A DNA stretch of 59,218 nt from a virus (Duplodnaviria > Caudoviricetes), in the IMG/VR virus record IMGVR_UViG_3300033067_001963, positions 1 through 59,218 of that record. One strand, 5' to 3'. Of the stretch, positions 1 through 8,300 are shown in pieces. Numbering within the stretch: the first letter of the stretch is position 1; every line of letters begins with the position of its first letter. A program made the position numbers and the translations under genes. Under the pieces are notes generated by a model that was not told the DNA's origin, ran no database searches, and was given only the letters and a program-made list of their open reading frames with translations.

Positions 1-210
1 GGAGCTGCGAAGTTCGCCGAGGGCAAGGCCGAAGGCGCGGCCGAGGGCAAGGCCGCCGAGGGCAAGGCGGTCCCTGTCCCTGTGGGCAATCCGCCTGCCA
101 TCGTCGCGGCCGTCGTCACCGTGGAGGCGCGGGAGCAGGTGCCGACATCTCCCGCACCCGTGCTACCCATGCTAGAATCAAAGCCGGGTCGGTCGCCAGG
201 CCCCCCTTAG
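1..210 (+). CDS. Partial (5'-truncated) hypothetical protein with AEGKA repeats
   Basis: Frame 1 is open from base 1 to TAG at 208-210 and reads FAEGKAEGAAEGKAAEGKA followed by a Pro-rich tail. Confidence 0.55.
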   Translation, partial: GAAKFAEGKAEGAAEGKAAEGKAVPVPVGNPPAIVAAVVTVEAREQVPTSPAPVLPMLESKPGRSPGPP

Positions 211-270
211 TTCTCCTCTCAGCCTGGCGCCCTGATCCATCCTCCCAGGCGCAGCGCACGTCGTAAGGCA

Positions 271-304
271 CCCCGGCTCCTCCCAGCCGGGGTTGCTGCC
301 TTTA
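271..304 (+). terminator. Possible intrinsic terminator
   Basis: CCCCGGCT-cctccc-AGCCGGGG hairpin (271-292) downstream of the ORF stop, with only a weak T tract. Confidence 0.4.
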
Positions 305-466
305 CAGGGGGTTACAGTGTTACCCCAGTGACAGGGAGAATCTCCCTAGGTAACCTCCGACTCACCGTGTCACCATGGAACGGGTGCACGGACAACCTAG
401 CGGGAGGTTCAGCGTGTGGGCAATCAGGCGACGGCGGCGGCAGCTCCCCCTTCATCAGGCACGGTG

Positions 467-727
467 ATGGCGACGGACGGCGAGGTCACGCTCATCCGGG
501 ACATGCTGGCGCGGCTGGACGCCACCCTGCGGGATCACATCAAGGAGACGCAGGATTCGCGGCGGCAGGTCGCTGCGGACATGGTCAAGTTGAACGACGC
601 CCTCACTGATCTCAAGCTGTGGAAGGCCAAGGTGGTGGGCATCAGCGGCTTCGTCGCCTTCCTGGCCAGCTTCCTGAGCGAGTGGGTCAAATCGCTGTTG
701 AACTTGAGCCCGAGGGGGGGACCGTGA
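467..727 (+). CDS. Coiled-coil protein with C-terminal TM helix, holin/XhlA-like
   Basis: Heptad-like N-terminal part, hydrophobic VVGISGFVAFLASFL, two genes upstream of the endolysin; start could be 416. Confidence 0.6.
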   Translation: MATDGEVTLIRDMLARLDATLRDHIKETQDSRRQVAADMVKLNDALTDLKLWKAKVVGISGFVAFLASFLSEWVKSLLNLSPRGGP

Positions 728-1035
728 GCATCGACATAGAGCTCAACATCATCTCCATCGTGGACATTCTGACTCGCTGCGCTCTGCTCCTCATCTCGGC
801 CCTCGTCTTCGTGGAGTTCTTGCCCTTGAGGCGGGTGGCCAGCGCTTGTAGCCCCCTCTTGTACGCCATCCTCGCGGTCGTGGGCACCACGGCGGCCAGC
901 GTGGCTTATTACCTGATGATCACGGCCGCCCCCCGCGATGTGTACCTCATCCTACTGGACTGGGGCTTCGTCGTGCAGTTGCCCCGCTTGTGGGCCATGA
1001 TGTACTTGCTGAAGATCATACGGGGGCAGTCGTAG
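724..1035 (+). CDS. Three-TM membrane protein, holin candidate
   Basis: GTG at 724 overlaps the upstream stop; three hydrophobic segments; lysis context. Confidence 0.55.
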   Translation: MSIDIELNIISIVDILTRCALLLISALVFVEFLPLRRVASACSPLLYAILAVVGTTAASVAYYLMITAAPRDVYLILLDWGFVVQLPRLWAMMYLLKIIRGQS

Positions 1036-1050
1036 GCGCTCGCTCGCATA

Positions 1051-1086
1051 AGTGGGCTTGACATCCATCCCAGCCCACTGTACCTT
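1051..1086 (+). promoter_or_regulatory. Sigma70-type promoter overlapped by an 8-bp inverted repeat
   Basis: TTGACA (1058-1063), 17 nt, TACCTT (1081-1086); AGTGGGCT...AGCCCACT inverted repeat across 1051-1079. Confidence 0.6.
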
Positions 1087-1110
1087 CCCACGTGGGGGTA
1101 GTTGAGAGCG

Positions 1111-1266
1111 ATGCACACTGCACGGACTGTACGGACTAAGAAGTTCAACCTGTCTCACCCGGTGTGGCTCACCTGTGAAAACTGCGGGTTGGCCGAAAAT
1201 GTGGCTCCGGGCACGACCCGCTGCCCTAGCTGTAAGGCGCGAGTCGTAGTGATGCGAGCCCAGTAG
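1111..1266 (+). CDS. 51-aa zinc-ribbon protein (below the ORF track cutoff)
   Basis: MHTARTVRTKKFNLSHPVWLTCENCG...RCPSCKARVVVMRAQ with two CxxC pairs, directly after the promoter. Confidence 0.6.
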   Translation: MHTARTVRTKKFNLSHPVWLTCENCGLAENVAPGTTRCPSCKARVVVMRAQ

Positions 1267-1273
1267 GTACAGG

Positions 1274-2026
1274 GTGCACACTGAGCGCTTCGACCTGTCT
1301 CACCCGGAGTTGGCCGAGCCCACATGGCCCGCTTTCCCCAATCGCACATCGCACGAGGGCGTGCGCCGCATGCAGGAGTGGATCTGTCTGGCGGGCGTGG
1401 CCATAGACATTGACGGGATGCTGGGGCCGCAGACTTCCAAGGCGTTGCACAAGCTGGACTACGTGTACCCTCCCCGCCGGGCACTGTGGCGGCGCCTCAC
1501 GCTGCCCATGCGCCTTGTCCTACACGTGGACGGCTTGTCAGTTGCGGACTGGACCGGAGTGCGCAACCCCGTGGTCACCGTTGCCGGGCAGCACCTGGCC
1601 AGCTCCCCCCGCGAGCTAGGTCGACAGAACCTGGGCCCGTGGGTGCGCTTGTATACGGGCGGTCACGAGGGCCCCGAGTACCCGTGGTGCGCGGCCTTCG
1701 CTACCTACGTCGTGCACCAAGCGGCGTTCCTGACGGGGAGGGCAGCTCTCGTCCCGCGCACGCTTAGCTGTGACGTCATCGCCAGCAGTGCCGCGCTCAG
1801 CGCCACTCCCAAGGTGGGGGGCATATTCCTGCGGCGCCGCGCGGCGGGCGACTGGGACCACTGCGGGCTCGTTACCCGTGTGGACGGGGGCTCGGTAGCC
1901 ACTATCGAGGGCAACACCAATGATGAGGGCAGCCGGGATGGCTACGAGGTGTGCCGGCGCATGCGTCCCATCGTGGGCCTCGACTTCGTCAACGACGTGC
2001 TGGGCCCCGCACCAGGCGTAGCGTAG
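1274..2026 (+). CDS. Endolysin: peptidoglycan-binding-like N-terminus plus CHAP domain
   Basis: IDGMLGPQTSKAL (PG-binding), PWCAAF (catalytic Cys), DHCGLV (His), TIEGNT. Confidence 0.85.
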   Translation: MHTERFDLSHPELAEPTWPAFPNRTSHEGVRRMQEWICLAGVAIDIDGMLGPQTSKALHKLDYVYPPRRALWRRLTLPMRLVLHVDGLSVADWTGVRNPVVTVAGQHLASSPRELGRQNLGPWVRLYTGGHEGPEYPWCAAFATYVVHQAAFLTGRAALVPRTLSCDVIASSAALSATPKVGGIFLRRRAAGDWDHCGLVTRVDGGSVATIEGNTNDEGSRDGYEVCRRMRPIVGLDFVNDVLGPAPGVA

Positions 2027-2031
2027 GGGGG

Positions 2032-2163
2032 ATGATGCCCACCTTCAAGCGAGAGGTGCTGGGGCCCACGTTGTCCCGCGAGCAGGCGCTGACCGTGCTG
2101 CGCTGGCTTAACTCGCTTAGCAAGGAGGACTACGCGACGCTGGGCTCACTATGGGACCTATGA
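2032..2163 (+). CDS. Small hypothetical protein
   Basis: G-rich RBS then ATG at 2032; GC3-rich codons. Confidence 0.4.
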   Translation: MMPTFKREVLGPTLSREQALTVLRWLNSLSKEDYATLGSLWDL

Positions 2164-2230
2164 GTTACCGGGGCCCCGCACCAGGGATCGCCTAGACTGA
2201 GGTCACCTGATCAACAAGGAGGGTGCACAC

Positions 2231-2656
2231 ATGAACGTCTACATCCTGAGCAAGAAGGTTCCCAACACGGACGGGGAAGGCCCTGGGCAGAACAACAAGG
2301 GCTGGGGCGTGCAGGGGCACCGGCTGCGCATCCGTGGTGCCTTCGTACAGATTCCCAACGGTGCGTCGTATCTGCGCGTGGTCGTGCGGGATCGTGTCAG
2401 CAAGGAAGTCTTCATCGACGAGAGCTTCGAAGCCATCGACCCGCTCACGGAGGATCTGCTGAACGGGGACTTCACCTTCCCCGTGGGCCTGGACGTCGTG
2501 CCCTTCGATGTCGCTGAGATTGGCCTGGACGTGTACGTGCGCGGGGGCGACGAGGAGGGGCCGGTCGCAGACGCCAAGTACACGACAGTGCGGGTGGCCG
2601 TGGATATCGTGTCGGCGCCGGTGCTGCCGGCGTCCGGGACGGGTCAGCCCGCGTGA
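2231..2656 (+). CDS. Hypothetical beta-rich protein
   Basis: AAGGAGG RBS and good codon bias. Confidence 0.75.
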   Translation: MNVYILSKKVPNTDGEGPGQNNKGWGVQGHRLRIRGAFVQIPNGASYLRVVVRDRVSKEVFIDESFEAIDPLTEDLLNGDFTFPVGLDVVPFDVAEIGLDVYVRGGDEEGPVADAKYTTVRVAVDIVSAPVLPASGTGQPA

Positions 2657-2937
2657 GGGGCGTGGTCGTGCTCGCCCTCGCTGCCATGCCGCTGACGGGC
2701 TGTCAGCTCGTCCTGACGCACGTGGCGTGTGAACCCGGGGAGGAAGGGGGGCGGCGGGGCGTGCAGGTGCCCGCTGTCAGATTCCTGACGGTGGAGCGGC
2801 CGGCCGTCATCGCCCCCGCTCCGATCGTGACACCCACGATGGTGGTGCCGAGGGAGGGGTCGGCGCAGGTCCTGACAGCACCCCCGCCCCGGGGCTGGGA
2901 GCTGCCGCGTATCCCGCAGCCGGGGGGGGCGCCGTGA
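2653..2937 (+). CDS. Putative lipoprotein with Pro-rich tail (o-spanin-like?)
   Basis: Hydrophobic leader ending in lipobox LTGC; overlapping GTGA start. Confidence 0.55.
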   Translation: MRGVVVLALAAMPLTGCQLVLTHVACEPGEEGGRRGVQVPAVRFLTVERPAVIAPAPIVTPTMVVPREGSAQVLTAPPPRGWELPRIPQPGGAP

Positions 2938-3359
2938 GACGGATCCTGGCCGCGCTAGCGGTCGCTGCAGGGGGCGCAATCGGTGCCCCCTGTATGGGGG
3001 TAGCGGCTCCCCCTGCCCCATGCGTTGTAGAGGCCGTCTACGTGGCTCAGCCAGCGGTGGAACCGCCGGACACGTGGACGCTGACACACTGGGCCCGGGG
3101 CTGCCGGGGCGGCGCTGGCCTGCTCGAGGTGCGTGTGTACCGGCAGGGGGTGTTGACACCCGTGAGCCAGCACACGCGCCGATTGGACGTGCGGCGGCGG
3201 GAGGAGTTGTGGCAGGTCGAGTTGCAGGTCGAGGGTGGCCTGCGGGAGGGGGATGTGCTGGTGGTGGTGCACGGGGGGCTGTGGATCTTCAGCATGTGCG
3301 GGCGGCCGGATGGGCAGTACGTGCAGTGCTCGGCTGGGTACTGGCGGGAGGGGGCGTAG
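2934..3359 (+). CDS. Exported 4-Cys family protein, copy 1
   Basis: Signal-like leader MRRILAALAVAAGG; Cys and motif pattern shared with 6287 and 45133. Confidence 0.65.
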   Translation: MRRILAALAVAAGGAIGAPCMGVAAPPAPCVVEAVYVAQPAVEPPDTWTLTHWARGCRGGAGLLEVRVYRQGVLTPVSQHTRRLDVRRREELWQVELQVEGGLREGDVLVVVHGGLWIFSMCGRPDGQYVQCSAGYWREGA

Positions 3360-3487
3360 GTGGGTGGGATGGGAATGCCTACCTGTGCTTGGGCCGTCAA
3401 CTGCTCCGGTCCTTGTGAGGAGCTTCACCGCTGCCCTTACGAGGCGGCAGATGGGCAGGTTGTCCGACGAGAGTGGGAGGGAGCGTG

Positions 3488-3664
3488 ATGAAGCTCACTG
3501 AAGCGGCGGACTGGGCAGTCAGCTTCTGGGAATCGTTTGGGGAGATCAAGTTGAGCCCGCCGTGGCGGGACCGGGCAGAAGCGCTGATCGAGAGGGTGCA
3601 GGAGGACCCTGAGTATGCTGCCTACCTGCTATGTGTGTTGCAGATGGAGATGGAGGGTGTGTAA
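3488..3664 (+). CDS. Small hypothetical protein
   Basis: GGAGGGAG RBS, ATG at 3488. Confidence 0.55.
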   Translation: MKLTEAADWAVSFWESFGEIKLSPPWRDRAEALIERVQEDPEYAAYLLCVLQMEMEGV

Positions 3665-3715
3665 GTGGGCGGCGGGATTGAAGTACCAGAAAGGACCGCA
3701 AGAGAGGAGGACGAG

Positions 3716-4195
3716 GTGAAGAAGGGTAAGCGGAACGGGAAGTACAAGTGCGGGGTGTGTGGACGCGCCTTCAAGCACCCCATGCACCTGGGGAAGCACG
3801 CGGCGGCGCATCGGCGTACGGACACCGCCACGCAGGAGCGATCTGGGCCTGGAAAGCGCCAGCGGGGGGGCACGCTCGGGCGGCGGCAAGGGGTAGGTAC
3901 GGGGCGACGGGGAAAGTTGGCTCCAGCGACTGTACAGGCGCTCCTGGGGGCTGTCTCTGTGAAACCCGCCAACGGGCGTCAAGTAGGCGGCGATCACTAC
4001 CAGCGCCAGCGGATTCAACCGTGGGACTACATCGCCCAGATCGGTGCCGGCTACTTCGACGGGGCTGCGATCAAGTACCTGTCCGGGTGGCGCCAGAAGG
4101 GCGGCGTGGACGATCTACGCAAAGCCCAGCACTACATCGACAAGCTGATCGAGCTGGAGGCGGGCGAGGCGGCGATCGAGCCGCCCGTTCGCTAG
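3716..4195 (+). CDS. C2H2 zinc finger fused to a DUF3310 (T7 gp1.7/SaV-like putative nucleotide kinase) domain
   Basis: YKCGVCGRAFKHPMHLGKH; QVGGDHY...QPWDY...AIKYL..WRQKGGVDDLRKAQHY. Confidence 0.8.
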   Translation: MKKGKRNGKYKCGVCGRAFKHPMHLGKHAAAHRRTDTATQERSGPGKRQRGGTLGRRQGVGTGRRGKLAPATVQALLGAVSVKPANGRQVGGDHYQRQRIQPWDYIAQIGAGYFDGAAIKYLSGWRQKGGVDDLRKAQHYIDKLIELEAGEAAIEPPVR

Positions 4196-4211
4196 AGAAG
4201 GGAATGACGAG

Positions 4212-4634
4212 ATGAAGCTGATCGCTACAACCTTGCTCGCCGCCGCCGTCGTCAGCACGGGCTGCACGGCGGGCATGCACCAGGCACACCCCTTCACCAC
4301 GCCCAATGGGGCGCAGTGCGCCTACCACACCTTCACGGCCAACCTGTACGGCCCTGGGCTGCGCCGAGCCGATCTCCTGTGTGATCGGGACCCGGGGCCC
4401 ATCGATCCCGTCGGCACCATCTTCGCCGTCGGCCCCGACGCGGGCGTGGCCCTGGGCACCGCCGGTCTGCAGGGGGCGGGCATCGCAGGCGGGGCCGCCC
4501 TGCTGGGCACCAGCTTCCCGGCCAACAAGGGCACCAGCGTCAGCGCCACGGGCACGACGGGCGGGGGGAACGTGGAGAACATCGCTGCCACGGATGTCTT
4601 CACCACGAACATTGGCAACTTCAACGAGCGGTAG
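4212..4634 (+). CDS. Putative lipoprotein with glycine-zipper-like segment
   Basis: MKLIATTLLAAAVVSTGC lipobox; GAGIAGGAALLG. Confidence 0.65.
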   Translation: MKLIATTLLAAAVVSTGCTAGMHQAHPFTTPNGAQCAYHTFTANLYGPGLRRADLLCDRDPGPIDPVGTIFAVGPDAGVALGTAGLQGAGIAGGAALLGTSFPANKGTSVSATGTTGGGNVENIAATDVFTTNIGNFNER

Positions 4635-4670
4635 GGCGGCACGGGAACACAACCAAGGGGGGGAGTAGAC

Positions 4671-5614
4671 ATGGGAGACAGCATGGGAGACAGCAAGTAC
4701 GTCCGGATCGAAGCCCCATTTGGGGCCTACGAGATTGCGAAGGATCTGGTGACGGTCGGTGAGTACGAAGTCTTCGTCAGAGCGACGGGCCACCGTACCC
4801 CGCTGGAGTGGGAGGCGCAGCTAGCGGAGCCACGCAACCCCGTTGTGTACGTCTCCTGGGACGATGCTAACGCCTACACCAAGTGGGCGGGCGTTCGACT
4901 CCCGACGGAGGCCGAGTGGGAGTACGCCGCCACCAACGGGGGGACTACTAAGTATCCCTGGGGAGACGGCCCAGCTACCTCGAAACACATGTCGAACAAG
5001 CTGACTCCCGTGGGGTCGGAATCCCCGAATGTTACGCCGACTGGGGTGCGGGATCTCGTGGGGAAGGTGTGGCAGTGGGTAGCGTAGGTTTTGAGCGAGC
5101 CATTCGGGGCGGGTCCTTCCTCGACGACCCGGAGTTCTTGCGGGTCTCGTCCCGCAGCTACTATTCGCCCGTCCTCCGCTTCAGCAGCTTAGGCTTCCGT
5201 TGTGCCCGGGATGCCGGGGAAGAGCGCGTGGTGCGGGGCGGGTCCTTTGACATCCCCCAGAACTACCTCCGCTCGGCGCGCCGTGACATCGCCATGCCAG
5301 TCAGCCGAGGCGACAACCTCGGCTTCCGCTGCGCGAGGGACATAGCGGAGGCTCAATTCCCCCCCTTCAATCTTGACGTACCGCCGTCTCCCGCCCAGCA
5401 GCCACCGATCAGCGCTGGCCCCGGTAGATGGGTCAAGGGATCGGGGACGGCCGTGTTGCTGGACGGCATCTTGACTGTCCATGCCACCGGGGGGTCCGTC
5501 ATGATCTGGAGGAAGGGCGGGCAGCTACACACGCTCTTCTTCGGCACGGGGGCGGATGCCCCAGCCAGGGCCGTGGACTTTGCCAAGCGCCTCGTGGAGG
5601 CGTTGCCCGAATGA
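4671..5614 (+). CDS. FGE-sulfatase (SUMF1)/C-type-lectin-fold protein, split by a frameshift near 5080 (ORFs 4671-5087 and 5069-5614)
   Basis: [26 protein letters not shown] and DLVGKVWQW in the first ORF; two RGGSF...GFRCARD C-terminal motifs in the second frame. Confidence 0.8.
5093..5342 (+). repeat. Tandem duplication of the 40-codon RGGS...GFRCARD cassette
   Basis: [40 protein letters not shown] versus [40 protein letters not shown]. Confidence 0.85.
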
Positions 5615-5639
5615 GGCGTGTGATCCGGAGGAAGCACCA

Positions 5640-6290
5640 GTGAAGAGGCACCCACTGGGCCCCCGGCAAGCGGCCCTCCTGGCCTACCTGGCCCACGGAG
5701 CTAGCGCCAGTGGGGACAAGGCCGCCTCCATCACCGAGCTGGCCCTCGTGGCCGGCTTCGTGGACGGCTGGGGCGGCGTGCACCGGGCCAACTGCCGAGT
5801 GGCCATGCAGGCGCTGCTGGCACGGGGGCTCATCCAGCGGAGTCAGTGGGGCAGCTCCCGGCGACCGGCGGTGTGGCGGATCACGAAGGCGGGGCGCTCG
5901 GAGGCGAAGAGCGTGGGGGCGTACAACGTGGGAGCTGAGGGACCACCCTCAGCGGGGGCAGGTAGGGACATGCGCCCCTGTCCACGTTGCAAGGGAGTGG
6001 GGAGCGTGGAGGATGACGCCCCCCTCGGGCACCGCCAGCTCCTCCTGCTCCGGTACATCCAGTCCATCGCCGACGACTGGGGCCGGTGGTCGAAGTCGGT
6101 GTCCAAGCTGGCGGGCCAAGCGGGCTACGGGATGTACGAGCCGCACCACGGCAACTCGCCCAACTGCCGGGCGGCGTTGCAGGCGCTGGAACGGCGGGGG
6201 CTGATCAAGGTGGAGAGGGCGGGAGATCCAGCGACGAAGCGGGCCAAGCAGTACAGACTTACGAAGAAGGGTAGGTCTTTACCGACATGA
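5640..6290 (+). CDS. Tandem winged-helix DNA-binding protein with a central CxxC
   Basis: Two homologous halves, PLGxRQ..LL.Y...NCR.A.QAL..RGLI...(W/Y)R(I/L)TKxGRS, joined by linker CPRCKGVG. Confidence 0.7.
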   Translation: MKRHPLGPRQAALLAYLAHGASASGDKAASITELALVAGFVDGWGGVHRANCRVAMQALLARGLIQRSQWGSSRRPAVWRITKAGRSEAKSVGAYNVGAEGPPSAGAGRDMRPCPRCKGVGSVEDDAPLGHRQLLLLRYIQSIADDWGRWSKSVSKLAGQAGYGMYEPHHGNSPNCRAALQALERRGLIKVERAGDPATKRAKQYRLTKKGRSLPT

Positions 6291-7003
6291 TGATGCAAGC
6301 GTTGATCCTACTGGTAGTTCTAGCCACCGCGACTCCAGCGTGGGCCGCGTGCGACGCCTTAGATGGCACCACCTACTTCACGGTGTCCTTCGTGCAGGGG
6401 CCCCGGGGCTACCTGAACGGGATCGTGGCCACGGATTGCAGTGATGAGCACCCCCCTACGCTGACGGTGCCGGTGTTCAAGCCCGACGTCGTCGAGGTGC
6501 ACGAGTGGGCGCCAGCGGGGCGGGATGAACTGGGCGGCTGGATGTACCACACCAATCTGCGTGTGCGAGAGCAGGACAAGATTCTGATCCGCGTGGACGG
6601 GCGCACGGTCGCCGTGCCCTGCCTGCCCTCCTCGGCCAGCCTGCCCGGGCGCCGCCAGCTGTGGTGCGTGGGGCAGGAGTGGTTCCCCACTGGGGTGGCC
6701 GCCGCGGACGAGGCCCCCGGGGGCGATCCTGGGGCCTCTGGCGGGGGTGTAGGCGGTGCTGGCGGGGAGGCCGCGGGTGGGGGCCCATCTCCGAGTGGAG
6801 CGGGCCCTGGTGGCCCCGCTGGAGGCTCTAGCGGGCCTTCTGGGGGCAGCCCGGGCGGCGGCAGCGGTGTCGGCGGCGCCGGCGGTGAGGGCAGCGCGAC
6901 GGACGGCGGCAGTGACGGGGCTGCTGGGGGCGACGGCGGCGGCGTAGGCGGGGGTGCTGGCGGCGGGCCCGGTGGGGATGGCGGCGGAGGCGGCGATGCC
7001 TAG
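6287..7003 (+). CDS. Exported 4-Cys family protein, copy 2, with a long Gly-rich tail
   Basis: Signal peptide ending AWA; ~95-aa G/A/S/P/D tail. Confidence 0.7.
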   Translation: MMMQALILLVVLATATPAWAACDALDGTTYFTVSFVQGPRGYLNGIVATDCSDEHPPTLTVPVFKPDVVEVHEWAPAGRDELGGWMYHTNLRVREQDKILIRVDGRTVAVPCLPSSASLPGRRQLWCVGQEWFPTGVAAADEAPGGDPGASGGGVGGAGGEAAGGGPSPSGAGPGGPAGGSSGPSGGSPGGGSGVGGAGGEGSATDGGSDGAAGGDGGGVGGGAGGGPGGDGGGGGDA

Positions 7004-7355
7004 GAAGAAGGCGCAGCCCCGCGGTAAGCCCCGATCCCGCAAGAAGCTCACGCTGGAGGAAGTCACGCACCTGGGGGAGACGCTGGGAGTCAAGGTTGAG
7101 CTACTGCGCTACGGGCGGGTGCTTCGCCTGACTCTTCCACCGGGCCCTAACCCCTTCTTCCGGGGAATCCACCTGCGCACGGAACTTGAACTACACGAGG
7201 GGCCGGATTCAGGCGCTCCTGGGCGGTACGCCGCTCTCTTGCGGGCAGGTTGGACAGCCATGCTGGCTTACGCTGGGCCGGATGAGGCGGGAGATAAGCG
7301 GGGGCAAGGAAACGGGCATGACCCGCTACCCCATGCGCACGGTGATCGCACTTGA
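6996..7355 (+). CDS. Hypothetical protein with basic N-terminus
   Basis: GGAGG RBS, ATG at 6996. Confidence 0.55.
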   Translation: MPRKKAQPRGKPRSRKKLTLEEVTHLGETLGVKVELLRYGRVLRLTLPPGPNPFFRGIHLRTELELHEGPDSGAPGRYAALLRAGWTAMLAYAGPDEAGDKRGQGNGHDPLPHAHGDRT

Positions 7356-7890
7356 CCTCGGCACGCACACGGGCATGGCGGGCTGCACCCTCTCCGCTGA
7401 GATGCCCCCCACCCCGTGGGTGTGCAGCTTCACCGTCCCGGGCTACAAGTGGCGGGGGCAAGCCTTCGCCTACTTCGCCGACACGGTGCAGGGGCACCTG
7501 GCCGGCCAGTTGCGTGGGACCGTGGAGATCGTCTACGAGCAGGCGCACCACCGTGGGGGGCCGGCCACGCGCTTCGCCCTTGGCCTGAGCGCCATCGTGG
7601 AGATGTGGGCCGGGCGACACGGTATACCGTGCTACCCCGTGCACACGGCCACGTTGAAGCTGAGGGCGACGGGGAATGGGCGGGCCAGCAAGGAGCAGAT
7701 GCGAGTGGCCGCACTGGCCAACGGCTGGGTTCCCGCGGGGTTCCTGGAGACAGCCACGGAGGATGAGATCGACGCGCTGTGCCTGCTGCACTGCTGGCTG
7801 CGGGATGGGCACGGGATGCTGGGGGCGCGGGAGCGGCGGGCGCAGGTGCGGCGGGAGCGGGTGGTGCGCACGAAAGGGGGGCAAGCATGA
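7318..7890 (+). CDS. RuvC-like Holliday junction resolvase
   Basis: IALDLGTHTG, IVYEQ, ATGNGRASKEQM and EDEIDAL acidic motifs. Confidence 0.85.
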   Translation: MTRYPMRTVIALDLGTHTGMAGCTLSAEMPPTPWVCSFTVPGYKWRGQAFAYFADTVQGHLAGQLRGTVEIVYEQAHHRGGPATRFALGLSAIVEMWAGRHGIPCYPVHTATLKLRATGNGRASKEQMRVAALANGWVPAGFLETATEDEIDALCLLHCWLRDGHGMLGARERRAQVRRERVVRTKGGQA

Positions 7891-8300
7891 AAGCAAGCGT
7901 CGATCGAATCCAAGACCTGGCCAACACACCTCCCGTCGAATGGGATTCCCCATGAAGCCCGGCTTGGTAGTGCGCGAGGTGGGCGGTTCCCAAGGCTGGC
8001 CCCGCCCTGATGCCAGCGACTTGACCCTCCGCGCCGGCCTCAAGCTGTGGGGCGCCAGCGTGCGCCGGCAGGTAGGCTGCGCGGCGAGCGGGCACGCCTT
8101 GGACGCGGGCGCGATGCGGTGTACATGCGGGGTGCTCACGAGGCGGGTGTAAACGGATGCCCACGCTCCACCGTCTGCTGCGCAGCGGCGTCGTCCTCGG
8201 CGTGCTGGTGGACGGGGCGGATCTGGTGGCGAGGGTGAAGCGGGATGGGTGGCGCGTGGAGCGTGTGAGTGAGTGAGGCGGGGATGGGGGCACGTGAGAG

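Noticed and set aside
5093-5342. Complete DGR (TR/VR pair)
   Set aside because: The copies differ at many non-adenine positions, neither is AAC-rich, and no RT or Avd ORF is seen
6715-7000. Collagen-like repeat
   Set aside because: Gly-rich but lacks Gly-X-Y periodicity
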